Positions 1-9,318 of a stretch of DNA of 64,000 bases are shown piece after piece (positions within the stretch are counted from its first letter, which is position 1; the number at the start of each line of letters is the position of its first letter). The notes under the pieces are model-generated. The model made no database searches and had not been told where the DNA came from. It saw only the letters and a list, made by a program, of their open reading frames with translations. Both the position numbers and the translations under genes were made by a program. The stretch comes from a bacterium (GTDB taxonomy: Bacteria > UBA10199 > 2-02-FULL-44-16 > JAAZCA01). The DNA is taken from NCBI GenBank assembly GCA_963674695.2, contig CAXXGI010000003.1, forward strand, positions 1,013,064-1,077,063, given 5' to 3'.

Positions 1-1128
1 CTGCACGGCCGCCACGACGGCATTGCCCAGATCGCCGCCGCCGGAGACGGTCAGATCATCGACGATCACATCGGACCCACCCGAGATGCCGACGCCCTGC
101 AAGAGACGCTCGGCACCGTCCGGGGCGAATGCGACGCGGCTCGCAGAGCCCACGGTGACGTTCGTGCTGCCCATAACGCCGACGGCCGCATAGCGCTCGC
201 ATCGGCCGCTGTTGGCAAACTGCGCACCGCGCACCGCAACATCCGCACTGTCCTCAACAATGAGATCCACACAGGAGGCACCGCTTCTCCCATCGGTCAC
301 AAACCGCACGTCCTCGATCACCACCGCATGAGCGTTCGACAAGCGAAGCCCACAGGGGGCATTGCCCACGTCTCCGCCCTCGAAGCGCATGCGCTGGAGC
401 GTCACGTTTGAAACGCTCTGCCCCTGCACGGCGCAGGCACTTCCCTCGGGAGCAGCGAGCGTTGTATCGATTTCGCCCAGGACCGGTTCGCCCGTATCGG
501 TAAAACTGTCCACACCGCCGACGAGCGTCAGTCCATCGGCGAGCGCCACCCCTTGGGCGTAGCGACCGTTCATTATATAGATCGTCGTAAATCCACGACC
601 GCCCGCAAGTGTGATCGCACGGGCTATCGAGGCCACCGGATCGAGCCAGGTGCCGCGCCGATCGACGGCATCGCTGCCTGCGGTAGAGACGACGACCGCT
701 TCGAAACCAGCGGTCGGATCGACCTCGGGAGGAGTAATGATGGAGAGCACCACGCCATTGACGATGAGGATCTCGACGCGTGCCGGAAGGCTCACGCGAT
801 CGTCATCATCGGTAACGGTGAGCGTGAAGACGAGTTCATCGGTCGTGTTGGGCACTTCGAAGCGAACGCGCATCTCGCTCTCGTAGGTGAGTTCCACCGC
901 CGTGCCACCAGTCTGCTCCCAGACAAAATTCGTGATGACCTCGCCATCGACCGGATGCGAAGCGCTCCCATCCATAATGATGCGCGCGGGGATAACGGTG
1001 TCGTCGACTTCCGTCTCGATCATGGCGACCGGCAACAGAACGGAGATGTCCGTCTCGATCTGGCCGCTGCCGCCGTGACAACCGAAGACAAACCAGGCCA
1101 TGCCGATCGCCCCCAGCAGAGAGGCCAT
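1..1128 (-). CDS. Lipoprotein with parallel beta-helix-like repeats (N-terminal part; gene runs off the left edge)
   Basis: Uninterrupted minus-strand frame from position 1 to ATG at 1128 (GGAG 7 nt upstream; in-frame alternative ATG at 1164). N-terminus MASLLGAIGMAWFVFGC gives a signal peptide plus lipobox Cys. Downstream there are repeated short beta-strand/Gly-Asn-Asp segments (VVIEDVRFV, VIVDDLTVSGGGDLGNA). Absent from the ORF track because there is no stop in the window. Confidence 0.6.
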   Translation of the reverse strand, partial: MASLLGAIGMAWFVFGCHGGSGQIETDISVLLPVAMIETEVDDTVIPARIIMDGSASHPVDGEVITNFVWEQTGGTAVELTYESEMRVRFEVPNTTDELVFTLTVTDDDDRVSLPARVEILIVNGVVLSIITPPEVDPTAGFEAVVVSTAGSDAVDRRGTWLDPVASIARAITLAGGRGFTTIYIMNGRYAQGVALADGLTLVGGVDSFTDTGEPVLGEIDTTLAAPEGSACAVQGQSVSNVTLQRMRFEGGDVGNAPCGLRLSNAHAVVIEDVRFVTDGRSGASCVDLIVEDSADVAVRGAQFANSGRCERYAAVGVMGSTNVTVGSASRVAFAPDGAERLLQGVGISGGSDVIVDDLTVSGGGDLGNAVVAAVQ

Positions 1129-1375
1129 CCTTACTCCCCATCGATGCACGCGATGATCCGTCATGAGACCAACTCCTTGCAGACGTTATGCGACGATTAC
1201 AGTCCGTCGCTCATGACATACTATCGTCACCGACACAATAAAGTTGCTCTGTTTTTATGAATAATATCACAGTGTTAGGCTAACATGGCGACCGTGACGA
1301 AATGTCACAACGCAATCATCACGGCACGCATTCCCATTGCAAAGTGAACGAGTTGCACATAGAGGACATCCCCTC

Positions 1376-4219
1376 ATGCGACACGATGCCATCGTCATCC
1401 GCGGCGCGCGGATGCATAACCTCAAAGATATCGACGTCACGATCCCGAAGAACAAACTCGTGGTCGTGACGGGGCTGTCCGGCTCGGGCAAATCCTCGCT
1501 CGCCTTCGACACGGTCTATGCGGAGGGACAGCGGCGCTATGTCGAATCGCTCTCGGCGTATGCGCGTCAATTCCTCATGCAGATGGACAAGCCCGACGTC
1601 GACTCGATCGAGGGTTTGAGCCCCGCCATCTCCATCGAGCAGCGAACCGCGAGCCGCAATCCGCGCTCGACGGTCGGCACCTCGACCGAAATTTGGGATT
1701 ACCTGCGCCTGCTCTTCGCACGCGCAGGACAGGTGCACTGCCCGGGCTGTGGACGGCTCATCGCCGGACAGAGCGCGTCACAGATCGTCGATCAGGTCAT
1801 GGGGGATATCCCCGAGGGCAGCCGCATCACCGTGCTGGCCCCGGTCATCTCGGGTCGCAAGGGCGAACACGTCAAGGAATTGAAACGCCTGACGCGCGAG
1901 GGCTTCGTGCGCGCACGTATCGACGGCGCCATCGTCGAACTGGCATCTCCTCCCGCGCTGGACAAGAAGCGCAAACACGACATCGACCTGATCGTCGACC
2001 GTCTCGTCGTCAAACCCAGCGCGCGCCAGCGACTGGCCGACTCAATCGAAACCGCCCTGAAATTCGGGGATGGAATGGTGAAGATCACCACGGGTCACGA
2101 CAACGAGTTGCTCTTCTCGGAGAAAAACGCCTGCGCCTATTGCCACATCAGCATGCCGGAGGTCACCCCGCAGCTCTTCAGCTTCAACTCGCCCAAGGGG
2201 GCCTGCCCCGACTGCGATGGCTTAGGCATGCGGCGCTACTTCGACGCAGACCTGATTATCCCCAATCATCACCTCTCGCTGCGCGAAGGCGCGATCGCGC
2301 CCTGGCAGAAGAAATCACCGACGGCGATGGTGGAGCTCTTTCAGGCGCTGGCCAAACACTATTCCTTCGACATCCGCACGCCATTTGGAGAACTGCCACA
2401 GCGCGCGCGCGAAGTCATCCTGCACGGATCCGGAAGCGAATCGATTCGATTCTCCTATGACAGCGGCGATGAACGGCGCCAGATCTATAAGCAAGCGTTC
2501 GAAGGAGTCATCCCTTTCCTCGAACGACGTCTTCGGGAGACGAGTTCCGATTACATCCGGTGGGATATCGAACGCTACATGAACATGCGTCCCTGCCCCA
2601 CCTGCATGGGCACGCGGCTGAAACCCGAGAGCCTCTGCGTCCTCGTGGGTGGCAAGACCATCGCTGAGATCGCCGCGCTGCCCATCTGCGATTGCGAGCG
2701 ATTCTTCGCAACCCTCAAGATGACCCGAAAGGAACGGGCGATCGCCAAGCGCCTGCTCAAGGAGATCCGCGAACGCCTCTCCTTTCTCGCCAAGGTGGGG
2801 CTCGACTACCTCACGCTCGATCGCGCCAGCGGCACGCTCGCCGGCGGCGAAGACCAACGCATACGGCTGGCCACCCAGATCGGTTCGGCACTCACCGGCG
2901 TGCTCTATGTCCTCGACGAGCCCTCCATCGGGCTGCACCAGCGCGACAACGATCGGCTGCTCGAAACGCTCATGCGCCTGCGCGACCTGGGCAATACGGT
3001 GCTCGTGGTCGAACACGACCGCGACACCATGCTCGCAGCCGACCATATCATCGACCTCGGTCCCGGCGCCGGTATTCACGGAGGCAAGATCGTCGCCTGC
3101 GGCACGCCGGATGAGATCATGGCGGATCCCAACTCCATCACGGGACAGCACCTCTCGGGAAAGCGTTCGATCGAAACGCCGACACATCGCCGCACGCTGG
3201 GAACCGAATGGCTCACCATCGAAGGCGCGACCGAACACAACCTGAAAAACATCGATGTCGCCTTTCCCCTCGGGTGTTTCATCGCCATCACGGGGGTATC
3301 CGGTTCCGGAAAATCGACGCTCGTGAGCGACACGCTGCTGGCCGGACTCAAGCAACGCCTGCTCAAATCGAAGATCCAGGCCGGCGCTATGCGCGACATG
3401 AAGGGGTTCGATCGCATCCGCAAGGTGATCGACATCGATCAGAACCCGATCGGGCGCACGCCGCGCTCGAACCCTGCCACCTATACGGGAATCTTCACGC
3501 CGATTCGCCAGCTCTTCGCCGAGCTTCCTGAATCGCGCGCGCGCGGCTACAAGCCGGGACGGTTCTCCTTCAACGTGAAAGGCGGTCGGTGTGAAGCCTG
3601 CGAAGGCGATGGCATCATCAAGATCGAGATGCACTTTCTGCCCGACGTCTACGTCGAGTGCGAAGTCTGTGAGGGAAAACGCTTCAACCGCGAGACCCTC
3701 GACATTCACTATAAAGGCGCCTCGATCTCCGATGTGCTCCACATGACGATCAATCAGGCACACCGCTTCTTCGAAAACGTCCCCGCCGTTGCCAACAAAC
3801 TCGAGACGCTCATTGAGGTGGGGCTGGGCTATATCGAGTTGGGACAGGCGGCCACCACCCTCTCGGGCGGTGAAGCGCAACGCATCAAGTTGTCACGCGA
3901 GCTCTCCCGCCGCCCGGCGATCCCCGTCGAAGAGGGGGGCAGCGGACGCACGCTCTATATCCTGGATGAACCGACCACGGGCCTGCACTTCGAGGATATT
4001 CAAAAACTGCTCGACGTCCTCGACCGCCTGGTCGACGCGGGCAACACCGTGATCGTCATCGAGCACAACCTCGATGTCATCAAACACGCCGACCACTGCA
4101 TCGACCTCGGTCCCGAGGGGGGCGCGGCCGGCGGCGAAATCGTCGCCATCGGAACGCCCGAGGAGCTGGCCCGGCACAAGACATCCTTCACCGGAAAATA
4201 TCTGAAGGATGTGTTGTAG
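1376..4219 (+). CDS. uvrA: Excinuclease ABC subunit A
   Basis: 947 aa. Two ABC ATPase modules ([41 protein letters not shown] signatures), Zn-finger Cys pairs, and the start [17 protein letters not shown] typical of UvrA. ATG 1376 with AGAGGA upstream is preferred over the TTG at 1337 in the ORF track. Confidence 0.97.
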   Translation: MRHDAIVIRGARMHNLKDIDVTIPKNKLVVVTGLSGSGKSSLAFDTVYAEGQRRYVESLSAYARQFLMQMDKPDVDSIEGLSPAISIEQRTASRNPRSTVGTSTEIWDYLRLLFARAGQVHCPGCGRLIAGQSASQIVDQVMGDIPEGSRITVLAPVISGRKGEHVKELKRLTREGFVRARIDGAIVELASPPALDKKRKHDIDLIVDRLVVKPSARQRLADSIETALKFGDGMVKITTGHDNELLFSEKNACAYCHISMPEVTPQLFSFNSPKGACPDCDGLGMRRYFDADLIIPNHHLSLREGAIAPWQKKSPTAMVELFQALAKHYSFDIRTPFGELPQRAREVILHGSGSESIRFSYDSGDERRQIYKQAFEGVIPFLERRLRETSSDYIRWDIERYMNMRPCPTCMGTRLKPESLCVLVGGKTIAEIAALPICDCERFFATLKMTRKERAIAKRLLKEIRERLSFLAKVGLDYLTLDRASGTLAGGEDQRIRLATQIGSALTGVLYVLDEPSIGLHQRDNDRLLETLMRLRDLGNTVLVVEHDRDTMLAADHIIDLGPGAGIHGGKIVACGTPDEIMADPNSITGQHLSGKRSIETPTHRRTLGTEWLTIEGATEHNLKNIDVAFPLGCFIAITGVSGSGKSTLVSDTLLAGLKQRLLKSKIQAGAMRDMKGFDRIRKVIDIDQNPIGRTPRSNPATYTGIFTPIRQLFAELPESRARGYKPGRFSFNVKGGRCEACEGDGIIKIEMHFLPDVYVECEVCEGKRFNRETLDIHYKGASISDVLHMTINQAHRFFENVPAVANKLETLIEVGLGYIELGQAATTLSGGEAQRIKLSRELSRRPAIPVEEGGSGRTLYILDEPTTGLHFEDIQKLLDVLDRLVDAGNTVIVIEHNLDVIKHADHCIDLGPEGGAAGGEIVAIGTPEELARHKTSFTGKYLKDVL

Positions 4220-4245
4220 ACTGATCTCCATCCATCATGAGCTGC

Positions 4246-4301
4246 CGCGAGGGGAAACCTTGTACGTCTGGAACAAGCTTCATCTCAGCGTGATGACAAG
4301 G
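4246..4301. repeat. Palindromic element, copy a of the CGTCTGGAACAAGCTTCATCT hairpin family
   Basis: The core CGTCTGGAACAAGCTTCATCT (4265-4285) is identical to the cores in the copies at 16850-16938 and 34276-34353. It is flanked here by the stem CCTTGT/ACAAGG. Confidence 0.7.
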
Positions 4302-4311
4302 CCTTGTTTTT

Positions 4312-4409
4312 TGTCATCCCCGTGAAAACGGGGATCTCGACCTCCTGTAACAAGCGAGATTCCCGCTGGAGCCTGCCCCCGAACGATTGAATCGGGGGCG
4401 GGAATGACA
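4312..4409. repeat. REP/MITE-like double-hairpin element (TGTCATCCCCG...CGGGGATCTCGA ... GAGATTCCCGC...GCGGGAATGACA), copy 1
   Basis: Shares both hairpin modules with the element at 30010-30164. The 60-aa ORF 4285-4467 (minus) is its translation artefact (..PVFTGMTKNK..). Confidence 0.75.
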
Positions 4410-4540
4410 AGCTCCAATTTTCGATAAAGCTCATCCGAAACTCACTTTTTGAAACACCAATCGCCATTTAACCGTTGGATTTTTTCCCTCGTTTCCCCTA
4501 TGCTGCCTCCCACACCATCATTATATGGGAGGATTTCATC

Positions 4541-5614
4541 ATGGCTCTGCGCCGCTTCTTCTTCGCCCTCTTGTCGCTGACCCTGCTCGTCCCCGCCATG
4601 GCCGTCTCTGCACCGACCGAAGCCCGGGATGAGTCAAGCCCTTCGACCTCGGCGCTGCAGCGCCGCCAATTCGATGCGCAGGCAACGCTCGCGACGAACC
4701 TGCCGATGTCGATCACGATCATCGCCACGACCGCAGGCGAGGGGCAGGCGCATGCGGCCATGTCCTCGGCGATCACGCGCGCGGCCGCCCTTGCGGGAGA
4801 ACTCATCGGGCCGGGGGGGTTGCAGGAGAAACTCAACCAGATCGGCGCGGGCAAGAGCATCGCGCTCTCGCCGGATGCCTTCGCCTTCTTTAAAAAAGCA
4901 AAACTGCTGGCGGCACAGACCAACGGCTGGTTCGACATCGCCGCCCCTTCCCCTCGCGGATGGTTTGTGCAGCGCGACTGGCGTCGCATCCATCTCAACC
5001 CAATCGATCGCACCGTGAGTCTCAAGAGCTCCGACATGCGCTTCGATCTCACGCGGTTTGCGGAAGGCTTCTTGACCGACATCGCCCTCGATGCGCTGCG
5101 TTCACACGGCATTACGAACGCGCAGGTCATGATCGGGTGGGCACAGCGCAACATCGGCAACGATATCTTCACGCCCTGGACGGTGCGCATCGACTTCGGC
5201 GCACAGGGCGAAGCGAAGTTCGCCTCACGAGCACTGAGCTATTCGCTGCCGAACGTGGCGACCGCGACGGTCACCCCCAGCGGTTTGGGGCGCGATCTCA
5301 TCGATGCCCATAATCGCAAACCGATCCTGAACAGCGATGTCCGAAGCGTGACCACCATCGCCGCCGATGCGGCATCCGCCGTTGCCAACGGCATCGCCGT
5401 CTATACCCTCGGAGCCAAGAACGGCGTCAAATACCTCATCTCCCATGCCTCGGTGAAGGGAATCGTCGTCGCGGGTGACGGCGCCCTCTATGCCTCCGCG
5501 GGACTCGACGCTGCTACGGCCAAACGAGCCTCATCGGAAAAGCCACGCATCAGCGGGGATGGAGGATCGAATGACCTCCGCCAGAAGGAGCGCGAAGAAT
5601 CGGAGGGGCTCTAA
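4541..5614 (+). CDS. Secreted ApbE-like (FAD:protein FMN transferase fold) protein with degenerate motifs
   Basis: ATG 4541 is preceded by GGGAGGA. The signal peptide is MALRRFFFALLSLTLLVPAMAVSA. ApbE-like blocks are present but altered: GWFDIAAP (canonical GAFDPT), DLTRFAEGFLTD (canonical DLGGIAKGY..D), DLIDAHNRKP (canonical HIIDPRTG). Confidence 0.6.
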   Translation: MALRRFFFALLSLTLLVPAMAVSAPTEARDESSPSTSALQRRQFDAQATLATNLPMSITIIATTAGEGQAHAAMSSAITRAAALAGELIGPGGLQEKLNQIGAGKSIALSPDAFAFFKKAKLLAAQTNGWFDIAAPSPRGWFVQRDWRRIHLNPIDRTVSLKSSDMRFDLTRFAEGFLTDIALDALRSHGITNAQVMIGWAQRNIGNDIFTPWTVRIDFGAQGEAKFASRALSYSLPNVATATVTPSGLGRDLIDAHNRKPILNSDVRSVTTIAADAASAVANGIAVYTLGAKNGVKYLISHASVKGIVVAGDGALYASAGLDAATAKRASSEKPRISGDGGSNDLRQKEREESEGL

Positions 5615-5618
5615 TCCC

Positions 5619-6491
5619 ATGCGCCTTCTTTCGATTGTCATTTGCATCATCACCCTCGCGCTGAGCGCACCCGCATTTGCGCAGGGCGTGCAGATCTTTC
5701 AACGCCAAACCACCATCGGTGGCCACCAAGCGGCCCTGCTCATCGTCGGCTGGCAGAAGGACGCTGCCGCCGTCCAGAAGCTCTTCGACCTGGTCGTGCA
5801 ACAGGGCGCCGCATCATATGCGCGCCTGGACTGGCGCAATCCCGCCAGCGAAGTGGCCCGCATCAACGCAGCCGCAGGCACGGATGCGATACGCGTTTCT
5901 AAGGACGTGCGCGCGGCGTTCGAAGCGGCGGAAAAAGTTTCAAGTTGGACCAAGGGCGCATTTGACATCGTCTCCGGCGGCAGTTGGAAAGACCTGAAGG
6001 TAGGCGGCAGCGTGAAGCTCAAGCGCGCCGGCGCACAGGTTCGATTCGATCCGATCATCGAAGGATTTTTGGCCGACCTGATGCTCACGCTCATCTACAA
6101 TTCCAACATGCAAAATGCGATGGTGAAGGTCGGAAACATCTTTCGCGGAACCGGGCAAAGCATTCGGGGCCCGTGGAAGATTCAGGTTCAGGACGATGAG
6201 GGAACTTTTGCGCGCCATGCCATCAACCTGATCGTGCGCAACACGGGGGTCGCCACCGTGAGCGCCAGCCAGTTTCGCGCCCAAGGGCTCATCGATCCCA
6301 GGTCGGGAAGACCCATCGCCCCGCCCTGCAAGGGCGTGGTCGTGGTCAGCACCAGCGCGGCGCTCGCCCAGGGTTTGGCCCGCGGCATCTTCGTCCTCGG
6401 GCCACAAAAAGGTATGGAGCTTCTCAAAAGCCACGCCCGCGGCATGATCGTCGATAACGCCGGCAAGTTCCTCCGCTCACCTGGGTTTTAA
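5619..6491 (+). CDS. Secreted ApbE-like protein, second divergent paralogue
   Basis: ATG 5619 lies 4 nt after the upstream stop. The signal peptide is MRLLSIVICIITLALSAPAFAQG. Blocks seen: GAFDIVSGG, FDPIIEGFLADL, GLIDPRSGRP. The 48-aa N-terminal extension in the ORF track overlaps the upstream gene and is not credible. Confidence 0.6.
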   Translation: MRLLSIVICIITLALSAPAFAQGVQIFQRQTTIGGHQAALLIVGWQKDAAAVQKLFDLVVQQGAASYARLDWRNPASEVARINAAAGTDAIRVSKDVRAAFEAAEKVSSWTKGAFDIVSGGSWKDLKVGGSVKLKRAGAQVRFDPIIEGFLADLMLTLIYNSNMQNAMVKVGNIFRGTGQSIRGPWKIQVQDDEGTFARHAINLIVRNTGVATVSASQFRAQGLIDPRSGRPIAPPCKGVVVVSTSAALAQGLARGIFVLGPQKGMELLKSHARGMIVDNAGKFLRSPGF

Positions 6492-6502
6492 TGCCGTACG
6501 TT

Positions 6503-6616
6503 GGTTCGTCGGTTCGATAGTTCGACGGTTCGTCGGTTACGGCAGTTCAACTACATGTTATAGCGATCAAGATCGATCGAACCATCGAACCATCGAACCA
6601 TCGAACCATCGAACCA
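6503..6616. repeat. Inverted 8-nt word arrays: (GGTTCGNN)x5 ... (CGAACCAT)x5
   Basis: 6503-6541 reads ggttcgtc ggttcgat agttcgac ggttcgtc. 6578-6616 carries 5 tandem cgaaccat units ending 2 nt before the ATG of the next gene. The two blocks are reverse complements. Confidence 0.9.
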
Positions 6617-6618
6617 AC

Positions 6619-7173
6619 ATGAACAATTACCACACGCTCTTGAATAAAGTAGACCACTTCGTCGCTGAGATCCGTGCACGGCATCCGGAATCGTTCGTGT
6701 GCGCACCCGGATGTGCCGAGTGTTGTGTAGCGGGCATCACCGTCTGGCGCATCGAGTTCGAGTCTGTGCGTCTCGCGTCTCGCGATGCGCGTCTGACGAA
6801 AGCCCCTCCTTCCCGCTGCCCCCTCCTCGACTCCGATGGTCGCTGCACCATCTATGACGCGCGTCCCATCGTCTGCCGCCTCTGGGGCGCGCCGCTCCTC
6901 TTCCCCTCCGACATCGACCGGAACGACAACACGTCGCTGCACCATGCAAACGAAACCCGCCTCGATTCGGATGATGCCACACTCACCTGCTGCCGCCTCA
7001 ACTTCACCGAACCGCCGACGCTCGCCCAACTGCTCCCCTCCGACCTCATCAACGTCGAGACGGTGCTCACGACACTGGCGGCGATCAACCACGTCTACTG
7101 TCGGAAAAAGGGATTCGATCCGAACGAACGCCTCGCGCTGAACGCCCTCGATGCAGCTCCATTCCCATCCTGA
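6619..7173 (+). CDS. YkgJ-family (UPF0153) cysteine-cluster protein
   Basis: CAPGCAECC...CPLLDSDGRCTIYDARPIVCRLW matches the CxxCxxCC / C-x-I-Y-x-x-RP-x-x-CR signature of the YkgJ Zn/Fe-chelating family. Confidence 0.8.
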   Translation: MNNYHTLLNKVDHFVAEIRARHPESFVCAPGCAECCVAGITVWRIEFESVRLASRDARLTKAPPSRCPLLDSDGRCTIYDARPIVCRLWGAPLLFPSDIDRNDNTSLHHANETRLDSDDATLTCCRLNFTEPPTLAQLLPSDLINVETVLTTLAAINHVYCRKKGFDPNERLALNALDAAPFPS

Positions 7174-7335
7174 TGCCAGCTTTTTGACGAAGACGGGTTT
7201 TTCTCCACCCTGGCGTCTTTTCTACCTGACAGCCAAGCAGAATTATACCAATAAAATCAATGGCGTATACCACACCCCACTTTGCATTTTCTGGCATGAT
7301 CCTTGCTCTCTCAAGGGGTGAAAGAGGGGGCATTC

Positions 7336-9303
7336 ATGCGCCGTCGCATCACCCAGATTGGAATTCCCATCGTCGCCGCCCTGGCGCTTTGCGCCTGTTC
7401 GGCTGGCATCGTCGCGCCGACGAGTTCGACGACGACCATCACCACGCTCCCGACGATCGCCTCGACGGGTCTGGTCTTCCCCGATGGCAGCACGAAGGCT
7501 ATGAGCACCACGCCGCTGCCGCGCATGACCGGTATCGCGCTGAACTTCGCCGATTGCATCGATATCGACGATGAGGCGCTGGCCGAGCGCATGGCGGGCG
7601 TGACCGTCGTCGATGTGGATGGCGCAGCGTTTCCGTTCACCTATGTCGTCGGCACATGCGACGAAGCCTCCGGGATCCTCACGGTAACCGCAACGCCAAT
7701 CGCCCCGCTCGATTATGACGGCACCTATTCGATCCTCGTCGACGGCGAAGCATTGGCCAGCGTCGCCAAGGCCGCGGGGGATATCGACGACAGCTTCTCC
7801 GTCCAGGCCGAATATGATCACGATGGCGACGGCAATCCCGACTTCGGTGCGTTCGCCCGCCTCGAAGGGGCCAACCCGATCGCCGCTGCCCAACACGACG
7901 AGCTCTTCGCCACCGACGGTGGTATGCCAATCGTCCAGATCTATAGCGGCGCAGATGAATCGGAACTAGCCACCTTTCGCGGACGGCTGCCCTGGTCGTC
8001 GACCAACAACAACGGCTTCGGACACAGCTATGTCCAGGCCGATTTCAATGCCGATGGCTATGATGATATCGCCATCTCCAATACCATCCTGGGTCGCATC
8101 TCGATCTTTTTCGGAACCGGAGTTGCCGAGGATCGCAACGAACTGGAAGCCGACATCAAGGTCGTCTACCACCCCGGCATCCCCTATGACCAGGTCCTGG
8201 AGGAGCAACTCACCCTCTATTTCGGCAAGATGATGGCAGCTGGCTTCATCGATCAAGATGGCTATGCGGATCTGGTCGTCGCCGCAACGGTGGATGGCGA
8301 TACCGACCGACTCTACTTTATCTCTGGAGCAACGCTCCTGCAGGAAGGCATCGAGCGACAGGCCGTCCCCGACTATGCCACCTCCGTCGACGTCGACACG
8401 CTCGTCGCCCTGGAGGTCGCCGACTGGTCGCTGGCCGCGAGCGCGGAGACATCGATCAACGCCATGATTGCCGTCGACGGCGAGATGCCTTCGGTGGCCC
8501 TGCAAGGCGCGGTGGCGGTCTCGGCAAGTTCCCTGGAGATCTTCGGCATCGACGGCACCCAGCGCGCCGTCCAAACGTTCGACACAACGCAGCGTGATGT
8601 CGTCGTCCTCAACATCGGACAGATGGGCGTCCTGGGCGAAGACGGCACCATCACCATATTCGACAGCAACCCGACGCTCCAACTGATCGACCAGTATGAA
8701 CAGCCGGGAGCACTCACTATCGAACGCGACAACGAGGACAACATCTTCGTCCTCACCGCGGAGGCGGAGAACAGCTTCGGCCTCGGCTATGTCTGCCGGT
8801 TGTTCACGACCGACCGAAACTGCCAGCGTATCGAAGGTGGATTCACCGGCGCCGACTTTCGCGCGCTGAACAAGAAGGGCGGAAAGAGAATCATCATCGC
8901 GATGAGCATGGAGGGTTCATCCATCTGGGAGGACGGCGAAACGACGGATCTCGACGGCATTTTCGGCGGCAACGGTTCACAGGGAAGGAAGATCGCGAAG
9001 GACTATGACGGCTGTTTCGATGCCGAGGGCAACCACGCCGACGACTACGACGCATGTGTCGCCGCCTGCGTGACGGATCGCACCACCTGTCTGGCCGTGG
9101 GCGTCAGCAGCGAGCGGATGTGTTATCTGAGCTACGGCGAGTGCATGCTGGGCAACACCTGCGCTAGCTGCATCTCACGAAACGGATCGACCATCGGCAC
9201 GCTCGATCAGTATCCCTACTTCAGCAATTGGGATGCCATCTGCGGCATCACGGCCGGATCGGAACACCAGGTCTGCCCGGCCTATGCCGAGGCGGTGGAA
9301 TAA
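7336..9303 (+). CDS. Lipoprotein with FG-GAP-like repeats and Cys-rich C-terminal domain
   Basis: ATG 7336 after AGAGGGGG. The lipobox is IVAALALCACSAG, followed by a Thr-rich linker. FG-GAP-like Ca-binding motifs are present (DFNADGYDDIAISN, GFIDQDGYADLVVAA, DHDGDGNPD). There are 10 Cys in the last ~100 aa. Confidence 0.8.
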   Translation: MRRRITQIGIPIVAALALCACSAGIVAPTSSTTTITTLPTIASTGLVFPDGSTKAMSTTPLPRMTGIALNFADCIDIDDEALAERMAGVTVVDVDGAAFPFTYVVGTCDEASGILTVTATPIAPLDYDGTYSILVDGEALASVAKAAGDIDDSFSVQAEYDHDGDGNPDFGAFARLEGANPIAAAQHDELFATDGGMPIVQIYSGADESELATFRGRLPWSSTNNNGFGHSYVQADFNADGYDDIAISNTILGRISIFFGTGVAEDRNELEADIKVVYHPGIPYDQVLEEQLTLYFGKMMAAGFIDQDGYADLVVAATVDGDTDRLYFISGATLLQEGIERQAVPDYATSVDVDTLVALEVADWSLAASAETSINAMIAVDGEMPSVALQGAVAVSASSLEIFGIDGTQRAVQTFDTTQRDVVVLNIGQMGVLGEDGTITIFDSNPTLQLIDQYEQPGALTIERDNEDNIFVLTAEAENSFGLGYVCRLFTTDRNCQRIEGGFTGADFRALNKKGGKRIIIAMSMEGSSIWEDGETTDLDGIFGGNGSQGRKIAKDYDGCFDAEGNHADDYDACVAACVTDRTTCLAVGVSSERMCYLSYGECMLGNTCASCISRNGSTIGTLDQYPYFSNWDAICGITAGSEHQVCPAYAEAVE

Positions 9304-9318
9304 ATCGGAGGGAGAAGG

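Noticed and set aside
2315-3880. 521-aa minus-strand ORF antisense to uvrA. Similar long antisense or alternate-frame ORFs occur at 12972-14267, 22702-24060, 24754-26088, 35910-36959, 37835-38854, 44192-45103, 47112-48125, 49656-50783, 50795-52054, 55382-56833, 59085-60818, 61107-62324 and 62547-63641.
   Set aside because: These are shadow ORFs typical of high-GC DNA. They are Arg/Gly/Asp/His-rich with no motifs, and each fully overlaps a gene with clear family signatures on the other strand or frame.
4285-4467. 60-aa ORF (..PVFTGMTKNK..) and similar small ORFs at 30010-30225, 16854-17036 and 33968-34483
   Set aside because: They are encoded entirely by palindromic repeat elements. Such ORFs are well-known annotation artefacts.
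5475-5618. 48-codon N-terminal extension of the second ApbE-like gene, and the extension 4475-4540 of the first
   Set aside because: They overlap the upstream gene or lack an RBS. The internal ATGs are followed by proper signal peptides, and 4541 also has a good RBS.
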